Shown here piece after piece: positions 53,521 through 64,000 of a stretch of DNA of 64,000 nt. The number at the start of each line of letters is the position of its first letter. Position 1 is the first letter of the stretch. Source of the stretch: Selaginella moellendorffii (Eukaryota; Plantae; Lycopodiophyta); assembly GCF_000143415.4 (NCBI RefSeq), contig NW_003314391.1, positions 1-64,000 on the forward strand. Reading direction: 5' to 3'. The position numbers were made by a program, and so were the translations under genes. The notes below the pieces were generated by a model, which saw nothing but the letters and a program-made list of their open reading frames with translations, did not search any database and was not told where the DNA came from.

Positions 53521-53973
53521 GAAATCCGAGGTGAATGGTGAAGATGAAACAGCGTGCCACAGGTGGATTGTGAAACTTTGAGGGAGCACTATAAACTAAA
53601 ATGGAGCTCTACAAACAAGTGAGCAAATTCTACGCTTTTTATATCGACAGAGACCTAGATTTTGACTAGTGGTTGGTCACATTGAGTGCCTGCTGCGTGC
53701 AACCATGGGACTCTTCCATCACAGAAGGTGACATACCACACATTGTTTGCATTTCCAGACAATTGTTGAATCTTCTGTTTCCGTTTTGGAAGTTCTACTT
53801 TGAAATCGATCCATGGACAAGTCCAAATCCAAAGCCTCTACTGACTTAAGTATGAATCATGAGACAACTTTTTGTAACTGAATTTATTTGTAGTCTATTT
53901 TTTTTTCAATAACTTGTTTCAAATTCATTGAATTAAGACATTTATTTTATATTATTATTTAATTGCTTACATG

Positions 53974-54963
53974 CTACAGAAATCCCTTCTCTTTGAAGCT
54001 CTCCACTGAATCAAACAGACACTTCCCAATGTTTATCAGCTCTGATTCCAGCAATTGACGGGCTTTGGCATTGCATATCTTGTATGGAACGGCTTCAGGA
54101 TTTTTGGTGTCTGAGCAGATTTTAGGAACTGGGAGCTGCGGGTACAGCTCTGCCAGCATTTCCACAAGCCTCGCCCTGTGGATCGATCTCTCTGCCAGAA
54201 AATACCTCCCAAATGCTTTTGGATCTTCGAAAGCCGCAACATGAGCCAGTGCCACATCCCTCACGTCCACATATGCCTGGCAGCGATTTGCGTAGCTCTT
54301 CACGCATCCGGTCAGATACTTGAGAATGTGGGTGCTGCTCGCATTCAGCTTGGGCTGAAGAACTGGACCCATCACGACTGCTGGGTTGATCACAATCAGT
54401 TTGAAACCATTGCCTTGGGCAGCAGCGAACTCCCATGCGGATTTTTCAGCCAGAGTCTTCGCCAGGCAGTACCACTCCTTGATCTGGACAAGGTACTCCA
54501 CATCGCTCCAGCATGATTCATCCACTGGCTGCTCCAGAGGCCGAGTTGGATCCAAATACATGGCACCCACCGAGGACGTCATCACAACAGTGGAAACTCC
54601 AGAACTGAAGCTGGCTTTCAGGACGTTGAGTGTGCCTTTCACTGAAGGCTCGATCAGCTCGGTCTGCGGATTAGTAATTCGGAAATTCGCCTCTGGACAG
54701 GGGCATGCCGTGTGGATCACAACTTGGCAACCTGCAGTTGCCGCGACTAGGCTATTGTCGAGCAAATCAGCTTTTACGAGCTCCAGCCTCTGGTTGGCCC
54801 CCTTGAGATTTTTGAGGTGTTCCACCTTGCGCAAATCCTCTGGATCTCGGACTGCTCCACGTACAGTATAGCCTTTGTCAAGGAGGTATTTGACAATCCA
54901 GGATCCAATGAAACCCGATGCTCCAGTGACACAAACCATCATCCCTCGCAACTGAGCCATCAT
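53974..54963 (-). CDS. Cinnamoyl-CoA reductase-like NAD(P)-dependent SDR, intronless, 329 aa
   Basis: VCVTGASGFIGSW, TSS, EWYCLAKTLAE, YVDVRDVA. Confidence 0.92.
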   Translation of the reverse strand: MMAQLRGMMVCVTGASGFIGSWIVKYLLDKGYTVRGAVRDPEDLRKVEHLKNLKGANQRLELVKADLLDNSLVAATAGCQVVIHTACPCPEANFRITNPQTELIEPSVKGTLNVLKASFSSGVSTVVMTSSVGAMYLDPTRPLEQPVDESCWSDVEYLVQIKEWYCLAKTLAEKSAWEFAAAQGNGFKLIVINPAVVMGPVLQPKLNASSTHILKYLTGCVKSYANRCQAYVDVRDVALAHVAAFEDPKAFGRYFLAERSIHRARLVEMLAELYPQLPVPKICSDTKNPEAVPYKICNAKARQLLESELINIGKCLFDSVESFKEKGFL

Positions 54964-55574
54964 CCCTCACGTCTGGTGTTTACTCTCAACATTTCTATTT
55001 ATAAGACCTGAAAAATTGGATCATTGTAAGTAATCCAAAACTTGGAAGGTCAAATAAAAGAGGCGCAAGAAGATCTTTTATTCGCAAGAAAGTTCAAATT
55101 TTTGGGTGGGTGGGAGAGATTCCGGGTCCTCCCATGTTATAGGATTCGTGCTGTGAGGGCTGAATGTTGCGAGATCTACTGAAACGAACATCCGGGTCGT
55201 CCATCATAGTGTTTGGGCCGTCCTGCCCAGGAAGGACATCAAGAATGTTTCTTGAAGGAGGTAGATGTAAGGTCAAATAAAGGAGTGATTTTCTCCCATG
55301 CTATACATATGTAGCTTTTGCCTGGGATCCGCCCTGAGCCACAGCATGCCATCCCCCACCGCTCTTATTATCACTCTGGAGGACAGAATGAGGCATAAGA
55401 ACACTGCCTGTAAAAGACTTCACTTGTAAAACTACCACCTGTAGTCATTCGGCCCTTGTCAAGCACAAAGATCTCAGGCTCGTGCTTTCAAGGTCCGTCA
55501 CATGGGCAGCTCTGTGAATACTTGCTGGTGTATAAATTCTCTACGGCCCTCGTCTCAGCTCTGCCTCACCAATA

Positions 55575-57337
55575 ATGGATGTCATCTCGGTTCTTCTTGT
55601 CGCACTCGTGCTTGCATTTTCTGTTCTATGGATGGTGTGCAGCTTCCTCATGCGCTACTATTGGGTGGCCAGTGCTCTCCGTCCAGTGATGGAGAAGCAA
55701 GGCATACGAGGCTCACCCAATCCTCCGAATCCCATCTTTGATGTTTTCTATGGGAAGCCTGACATGAAGGAGATCAGCCACGATATTCTGCCTCATGTTC
55801 TTCCCTGGGCCGCACAGCACATCAAATTCTATGGTGGGATTCAATTTAATTTCACAACATTATTAGTGTACTTTCAAATTCACTTTGACTTTCAGGGAAC
55901 GTACACTTGAACTGGTGGCTGCGGGAGCCCCGGATTGTGATCTCAGAGCCCAAGATAATATGGGATCTGTTGATGAAGAAGCACAAGGATTTCGTCAAGT
56001 CCCACTTCATCAAAGTCTTTTCTGATGATATCTTTCATAAGGGTCTCTTCCATGCAAATGGAGAAGATTGGGCCCGGCAGAGACAGATTGTAGCGCCCAG
56101 ATACTACATTGACGAAGTCAAGGTGATACTCCATTAACAAAGTCAAAGTCTAAGGTTGACTGAACTCTATTGCACAGGCAATGGTTGGAGCTGTGAACAA
56201 TGCAACAAGCCAAGTCATGGCAAAATGGGAAGCCTTTGTGAAGGACAGTGGAGACGTGGAGAGGGAGCTGGATGTTCAAGTTGAGTTCATGAACTTGAAT
56301 GTGGATGTTGTAGCGAGGACAACACTGGGGTTGGAAAACAGTGACTTTCAGAACATTCTCAAGTATAGCATCACATTGCTCAACCTGCAAGATGGTCAAG
56401 AGACCTGGAGCTGGTTACCATTTGCCAGGTACAGGTGGCTTAAGGAAAAAGCATATGAACTGTACTGACTTACGGAAGATATTGTGGTGCAGGCTGATCC
56501 CCTTCGGTATAAACGTTGAACGGTGGAAAGTACGGAAACAGTTTAATGACCTTGTTCGTAAGCAAGTGAGAGAGAGAAGAAAGAGGACGACAGGCAATAA
56601 CGTTGATTTTATTGGGATGCTCTTGGATAATCCAGATGTTAGAGAAGACGTGATTGTCGCCGAGTTGAAAACACTCTATGCTACAGGGTTTATCAGCTTG
56701 GCCCCACTTCTCTCATTCACAATGTTGATGCTGGCTCTCTATCCCGATTGGCAAGAGAAGGCAAGACAAGAAGTTGACCAAGTTCTGGATGGAGAAGTTG
56801 TTAGTCCCAAAGATGTCAGCAAGCTAACCACGGTAACCAGTTAATCAGATTTGTCCTTTGATCCACATAACTGAGCTTGCTGTATGGTTCTTGTTTGTGC
56901 AGATTGAGATGATTCTGCGAGAGACATTGAGGCTGTATCCCACAATGCCGCTCATCGCCAGGGTGTGCATTAAAGACACTATGCTGGGGGACGTGTTCAT
57001 TCCCAAAGGACTGGGGGTGAGCGTTAATGTCGTTGCGCTGCATCATGACCGAGATCTGTGGGGAGATGATGTAAATGAATTCAACCCATCCCGCTTCAAG
57101 AATGGTACTGCAACTGCAGCCAAGCATCCCATGGCGTTCATGCCATTTGCCTATGGAGTTCGAACCTGCATTGGAAGGGCCTTCTCTGAGATGCAGTGCA
57201 AAATAATCATTGCTAACATCCTTCAGAGATTCGAGGTTAAATTGTCTCCAAATTACCGGCACCACCCAGTCATTACAGGACCCCTGATCCCAAAGCATGG
57301 CATGCCTGTCATACTCAAGCCAAGGCGGAACTTCTAA
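55575..57337 (+). CDS. Cytochrome P450, CYP72-clan-like, 503 aa; exons 55575-55833, 55896-56122, 56178-56428, 56493-56832, 56903-57337
   Basis: TM anchor, SHDILPHVLP, GEDWARQR, WQEKAR, ETLRLYP, PSRF, FAYGVRTCIG. Five-exon layout; 1512 nt in frame. Confidence 0.93.
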
Positions 57338-57599
57338 GACAAAAAGATTTTAAAATAAATCTGTTTAGATATAAAAACCTTTATTCATGTCCAGAAAATA
57401 ACACTCGGCATTTGCTCTGAGAATCGTGTTCCACAGACGGAGGGGCAACAACATCGATCTGACCTACCCTTCCATGTACATGTTGGCCAGGAGAATGTAG
57501 CCAGCTGAATCCATAGTGGCACAGATAGCAGCCCGCGAGAGAAACCAGCGTTGAACAGATCCTCGGCAAAACAAGAAACTTCCCCAACTCATTCGTCTC

Positions 57600-58300
57600 A
57601 CCTACCTGTCACTGAAATCTGTCCAGCCTTCTCGTAAGGATCATAAGGCAGCAGCTTGTGAACATCCGGCCACCCATTGTCGATGCAGTCGACGATGTGG
57701 GATCTTCTTGTACACCGGAATTGCCTGCAGAAGCTCCTTGCTCTTGTCTCCTCCTGGTGATGGTGCTCCACACCCTTGATAGTCAAGGGATACTGATCTC
57801 GCAAGCCGAACATGCTCGGCCAGAAATTGAGAACTTGCGAAGCCGCCGTAAACCCTGCTCGATCCAGATGCCCGTAGCCTGATCGTCCGGGCGATTTCAT
57901 CCCATTGCGGCATCAGACTCAGCAGATATAGCTTGATATTCCCAGCGGATACGTTTTGCCACACAGTCTAGGAGACTACATCCTTCTTCGAAGCAATCGC
58001 AAAGAACAGGGATTCAGTCCCCTTCTCCGCAAATGCCAGAGCCTCGTGGTGAATAAGACCAGGCTTTGGCAGGGCATCGAATCGAACACACCGTCCCAGA
58101 TTGCAGGTAGCCAATTAGAAGCAAGCTTTTTGTAGGATCAAAAGTCAGCGCTTTGAACAATATACTACTCGGGACTTGCCTGTTGCAATTGGAAGAGTTG
58201 AAGTGCTTGCCTCACATCCATCTGCTGGGGATTCTGCTCATACTATGATCTCCAAAGCTTTTGGATTGCCAGATGCTGCTATCCAAGAATCCAATAATAA
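57600..58300 (-). pseudogene. PPR (PLS-type) remnant
   Basis: Scattered ALQLF, GVFDSMPCQSLV, DVVS*TV, YGHLDRAG motifs across frames, with stops. Confidence 0.45.
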
Positions 58301-58507
58301 TCCTTCCCAGCTCCAGCATACATTTAAATGTTAGATGGTAATGAATAAATTTAGAATATACTTTGATATTTTGGGATATTTTATCAACTAATGGTTGTTA
58401 TTTATTTAGATTAATTCTGTATTTATAATATATAAATAACTTTATAATTTATAAACTTTCATAAACACTTTTAAGTATATTCTAGTTTATTCTACCTTCT
58501 AATAGTT

Positions 58508-61500
58508 GATATATAATAAGATTAATCTTGTGTTATAAATTATAAATATGTTAATTAATTATAAACTTCCATTTGATCAATTGGATAATAAATAGAATAA
58601 CACAACTATTAACTTAAGCAAACAAAGCATTTCTATGCGATGACTAGTATGTTTATTTGTATAAGATTATTATTGCAATTTAAATGACTTGTATTATAAC
58701 AAGTTTTTATGCGTAAGAAAATATAGATAATATTTATCTCACATGTTTTCATTGAAACAAAAGTTGTTGTTATTTTCAAATATTATATAAGTTATTAGTG
58801 TCAGGAGCATGTCATTGAAAGAAGGGAAAAAAATAAACTACCAATAAAATATTAAAGAAAAAAGTAGATTTGTGCTAAATGGATCAGTCCAACCTCAAAC
58901 TAATCCAAAAACCTAATTTAAATTTAGAATCAATATATGATAACAGTTCTTGAGTTCAAATCCCATCAACAAATGTTTAAATTAAAAACGCACTTCATAC
59001 TAAGCACTAATAAGCAATTTAAGTGGTGTAAGACTTAGTTTGCATAGATATTGCTAATAAAAATTTATAATCAACTCAAAAAAATAAAAGTGAGAATTAG
59101 ACTCCTTTAGCACATATGAATTTGGAGTCAAAGTACAATCCTATTGCATTACGAAATAAAAATTAAATATACACTCAAAATCCCCTCCCTGTATTAGATA
59201 GTATTTGCTAAGATTATTCCCTATATTACTAAATGCACCACATGTGGTTTTGACTTTATACTTTATAATAAATCATCATAATTATCATAAGATAACCAAG
59301 GTGCAAAGCCTAACTCTTCAATATATGTGCCAAAAGTAATAAAGTGAGATCCGAGTTTCAAGGTTAACTAACTCTCAACATACAACCAATGAGCGAAGTA
59401 ATAAGAGTACAGAATAACAGAGGATCAATATTAGAGTTAAACACCGAAAACAATATGGCCAAAAGTGGCATTTGACATTATTTTATAAATACTCCATATG
59501 GCAAGTCAAACTCAAAACAAAGATAAACATGCCACTTAACTGAAGAGAAGATCGTGGTTTTCCCATCTTGCTTCCCAAGTATGTTGAAGAGGTTTCCACT
59601 CTCATAATCCTTGATGACATTGAACCAAGGGTGGTACACCAGATTGCAATCTTTTTTCAAGTTTTCTTTGCAATTTCCTCAAAGTCCTGCAGTAAAAAGG
59701 AATTTAATACAAGAGATCTCCTGTTATCATGATTGGACTAACCTGAAAAGAAATCCCCTTCTTTGCTTTTCCAGTGCCAAGCTTCCTTGGACAATCCAAC
59801 TTCTTCCAATGGAAACAAGTGTGTTCAAGCATCTCCCAGATGTAAGACTTGAACCACTCCTTTTTGTTGGCGTTTGCTGTAGACGATATTGTGATGACCT
59901 TCTCAAAAGAAGTCGATGTGGAACTAAAACTTGTCCTTGATACTCTATGGCATGTTGGGAGGCGTAAGTGTTGCCTGGAGACTATGAGAAACTTCACGTT
60001 GGAGTGCCCCAAGTATTCATCTTTGAAACGAGTGAGTAATGTGGAATGNNNNNNNNNNNNNNNNNNNNNNNNNNNNNNNNNNNNNNNNNNNNNNNNNNNN
60101 NNNNNNNNNNNNNNNNNNNNNNNNNNNNNNNNNNNNNNNNNNNNNNNNATGGTATTACAACACCAATGTCCGGGACTTGTGGATTCTTGAGCACGGACTG
60201 CATCAACTGTTGAACCCAATCTTCATTCACCTTCCTGTGGTTGAACGTGTTGAATATGACACAATGGGAAACCTTTATAGCCACAAGAGGTGTCTCGATG
60301 TATCAATCCTTCAAGTCTTCCAATAGCTCACCAGCAACTTCAACTATCCTCTCATCTATAACCCACCCCCATCAGATGGCGCTATCTAGCGGCCCACAAA
60401 GTTCACCTTTAAACTCAACTGGACATGTGTTAAATTCTTGTCTAACTGAAGACCCAAGCTGTGAGGCTCTCCCATTGGCTGAGAGCAACATCCACAAAAA
60501 TTTTCCAACAACCATGTCTCCTCAATGCCTAAGATTCGATGAAGCTATGCCTTATATATTGTTAACACGTTATTTTTCTAAAACTAAAAACTTCTAATAA
60601 GGACATCTCACAGAGATCTCGGAGTAAAGATTGATGCCGTCTCTTCGAATTCCAGGCATGTCTCTGATTTTAAGATTGACGTAGAGATCCCCGGATGGAC
60701 CACTAAGAGAGGGTACAGTCAATATATAGAACAAGCACAAGATTTAAGCTCACCCTCTTTCTCCAGCATCTCCTCCACTAGCAACACGGAGAGTGCTCCC
60801 GCTGTCAACTCCACATGGAACACTTAGTTTGATTGTTTTTTTTGGTCGAATACCTCCTTTGCCTCCACATTTTCTGTAGTGATCGGAAATCACTTCACCC
60901 TCACCACCACAGTTTGTACAAGTAGACACCTGAGAGAAAGAAAAACAATGTGAGCCAACAAAACAAACGTTATCAACGAATTGCTAACCTGTGAGAACAT
61001 CCCAAAGGCTGTTTCTTGTGTTCACATCAATCCAAAAACCTAACTTTTAGAATCAATATGCTTATGCATATTCATGAGTTCAAATCCTATCAATAAATGT
61101 TTAAATTAAAAACACACTGATGACAAATATATGACATCATCCCCCTTTTAATACTATGCACTAACAGGTAACTTAAGTGGTGTAAGACTTAGTTTGCATA
61201 GATATTGCTAATGGAAATTTATAATCAACTCAAAAACATAAAAATGAGAAGTAGATTCCTATAGCACATATGAATTTGGAGTTGAAGTACAATCCTATTG
61301 CACTACAAAATAAAGATCCAATATGCACTCAAAATCCCCTCCCCGTATTAAATAGTATCTGTTGAGACTATTCCTATAATAGTAAATGTAGCATATGTGG
61401 TTTTGACTTTATACTTTATAATAAATTATCATAAGATAACCAAGGTGTGAGACCTAACTCTTCAATATATGTGCCAAAAGCAATAAAGTGGGATCTAAGT

Positions 61501-64000
61501 TTCAAGGTTAACTAACTCTCAATATACAACCGATGAGTAAAGTAATAAGAGTTTTATATCGAGTTTTAAAGGCTGTCTTTTCCACATCTTGATCTGCCAT
61601 CCGTATTTAATAATACCTAGACTGCAAATCAAGCTGCTTAAAATACTTAGTCTTTAAGAGTTGGTCAAACAAGTTATCAATATGAGACAAAGGATAATTG
61701 TTTCTAATTGTGATCTTGTTAAAAGCTCAATAATCAATACACATCCTCATAGTATTATCCTTTTTCATAAAAAAAGGACCAATGCTCCATAAAGTGACTT
61801 GCTTAGTCAAATATGACTTTTGTCAAGAAGTTCCGTGAGTTGCTTTTTGAGTTTAGCCATCTTTTTGATGTTCAAATGATATGGAGACTTCTTAGGTGGT
61901 TTAGAACTCGAAATAATTTCAATCCAATGATCAACCTCACGACTAGAAGGTAACCTTGGCAGCAAATCCTTCAAAAAGATATCCTAATTCAATGCTAACA
62001 ACTCTAATATTTCCTTTGGTATAGGATCAACCCTATCACTAATTCGAACCGAGTCACTATCACCCTCAGCTTCTATCACTTGAACCCAAAAGGTCTAACA
62101 TCCCTTCTTAGTTGTTTTTTGAGTGGCTTTTGTAGTCAGGAACTAAGCATTCTAATCCTTTGAGGAGTGCTTTTACAATTGAAAGGACACATCAAAACTT
62201 TCTTTTGACCTCAATGTGATATGACTTTGTCCAACACCATAAATCCCTTTGATATATTTGTCGAAAAAATCTATACTAAACACCATATGAAAATCTGGTA
62301 TCTTTAACACTACCAAGTCTAATCTCTCTTTCCACTTGGATATCTTTATTAGAATATCACTCACAAACCTTTTACCTACTTGCTCACCTTTCACAAACCA
62401 GAAGTGTATAGGCAACATCTACTCAGCTTTCAATCCTAACAACTTTATTAAGTCTTTGGATATCACATTGTGCGTAGCTCTTGTGTCAATCATCACTTAG
62501 ATTCAGTGTTTGTAGACAAAGCCTACCAAATACATTAATAGGTCAATGCTTGCATTGACTGTGAGAAAAACTTGAGGAAAGTAATGAAAGTAACTCAACT
62601 CCTTTTATTCATAATCTACATTGACCAACTCATCAATCCTTTTAGCTTCACCACCATTGTCTTCCCTCATAACATTAACACAAGATCTTATTTTATGATT
62701 GTTGGGACATTCCAATAACCTATGTTCTATCTCTCCACAATAGAAATAATGACCCACACTATCCATTCCACTAGGAGTAGGTTTCATAAGTTGTTGCTAC
62801 TTGTACCCATTAGGAAGAGGAACAGAGGGTTTAAGACTAGAAAAAGCTACTAGTGGTCACCAACCACCACCTTTGTTAACTATTGCTTGTGAGCCTCTAG
62901 GGTAGAATTTTCTTTCCACCCTCTATTTCTCACCTTATTTATTCCTGGATATTTTTATTTATTTTTTTCCGAGATACCAGCATATGGCTGCTGATACTAT
63001 TCCATGAGCAAGTGACTGAAGGCAATTTATTGTGCTACCTCTTTACACTTTTGGTACGTCTTCAGATTAAACTTCAAAATCCCATTGCGAAAAAGTGAAC
63101 TCAAACTTTTTAGGAAATAACTTTGAGCATCTTCGTCACTCATATTTGCAATCATAATGTTGTGAGACATAAAATCCTTAGGCCCCAAAGAGGAGTTGAA
63201 AGGGTGTAATGTGGTAGTGGCTGAGGCGGAAACCAAATGAGTGTAACACATATGGACTAAAAGCTCTGACTCGAAAAGTCGAGAGCGGGAGTGGAACTCC
63301 CAATGAAGGGCTCGAAGAACAAGCACGAAGTGAGCAATAAATGAGTCTCTAAGAAAAAGACACAAAAGGACCAACACATGATATGTAGAAGGATCTGAGA
63401 TGGACCCAAGATGGACTCCGAGATGGACCTGAGATGGAGTCCAAGATGGACCCAAGATGGAGTCCGAGATGGACCCAAGATGGAGCCCGAGATGGAGTCC
63501 GAGATGGAGACTAAGATGGACCCGAGATGGAGTCCAAGATAGAGTCCGAGATAGAGTTTGAGATGGATCTGAGATGGAGTCCGAAATGGAGTCCAAGAAA
63601 CCAAGACCGAGATTGAGTCCCATGGTCACATGGTGAGGAAGTCCCAAAGGACAGTGGGACTTACTGGTCAGGCCGGTGGGCCTTGATCAGTGGCAATGTT
63701 GGTGAACATGGCCATGGATAGAAAAGGACTTGGTGCGGATTGGAAAAGGGATATTAGGGAAAGATGTTCCCTATGTCTACAGGCATCCTAAGGATGCTAA
63801 AGAGTGGATCTGAAATGATCACTCATGGACGGATGGCCCAATCTTTGAGAGACAAGACTGTGATGCAAGTGGTGTTGGACCACCGGTGTGACCAAGGTGA
63901 ATGGGCATGGCCTTAGCATAACGGGCTGATATGTCGGTGGTATGTTGGGGTGTCGGTCATAGGATTGGACACGTGGAGCACTTGGACCAAATGCAAAAGT
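58508..64000 (+). repeat. Second copy of 44984-50410 (runs off window)
   Basis: See first copy. Confidence 0.92.
59478..60330 (-). pseudogene. Second copy of the decayed ParB-like homolog
   Basis: Part of the duplicated segment; N gap at the homopolymer tract. Confidence 0.78.

Noticed and set aside
52381-57337. Identity with the known Selaginella F5H-COMT pair
   Set aside because: The P450 has CYP72-clan features and is divergent from the reductase, not from the OMT.

Overview
Eukaryotic land-plant DNA with very short (46-62 nt) GT-AG introns; this suggests a lycophyte such as Selaginella, but the organism is my inference. From left to right: (1) a GH28 polygalacturonase pseudogene interrupted by two nested chromodomain-bearing Ty3/gypsy LTR retrotransposons (outer 1588-16642 on -, inner 3432-10961 on +); in both, the integrase is split by two spliceosomal-type introns. 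(2) Solo or partial LTRs of a related family. (3) A 9.45-kb DNA transposon (20552-30004) with 23-bp TIRs and a TA target duplication. It encodes a Sola-like DDD transposase and, divergently, a large protein with a ParB/Sulfiredoxin-like domain, and carries ~18 copies of a 22-bp palindrome (ATGGCRTG-WGGCCW-CAYGCCAT). This ParB/parS-like arrangement in a plant transposon is the best candidate for a new system. (4) Three head-to-tail non-autonomous Helitron-like units carrying captured gene fragments (kinase, amidohydrolase, kelch, SERINC, laccase). (5) A ~5.5-kb segment present twice, holding a decayed homolog of the ParB-like gene and a decayed gypsy element. (6) A compact OMT / CCR-like reductase / atypical CYP72-clan P450 cluster and a PPR remnant. 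Five N gaps limit certainty. All family assignments come from motif recognition by eye, not from database searches.
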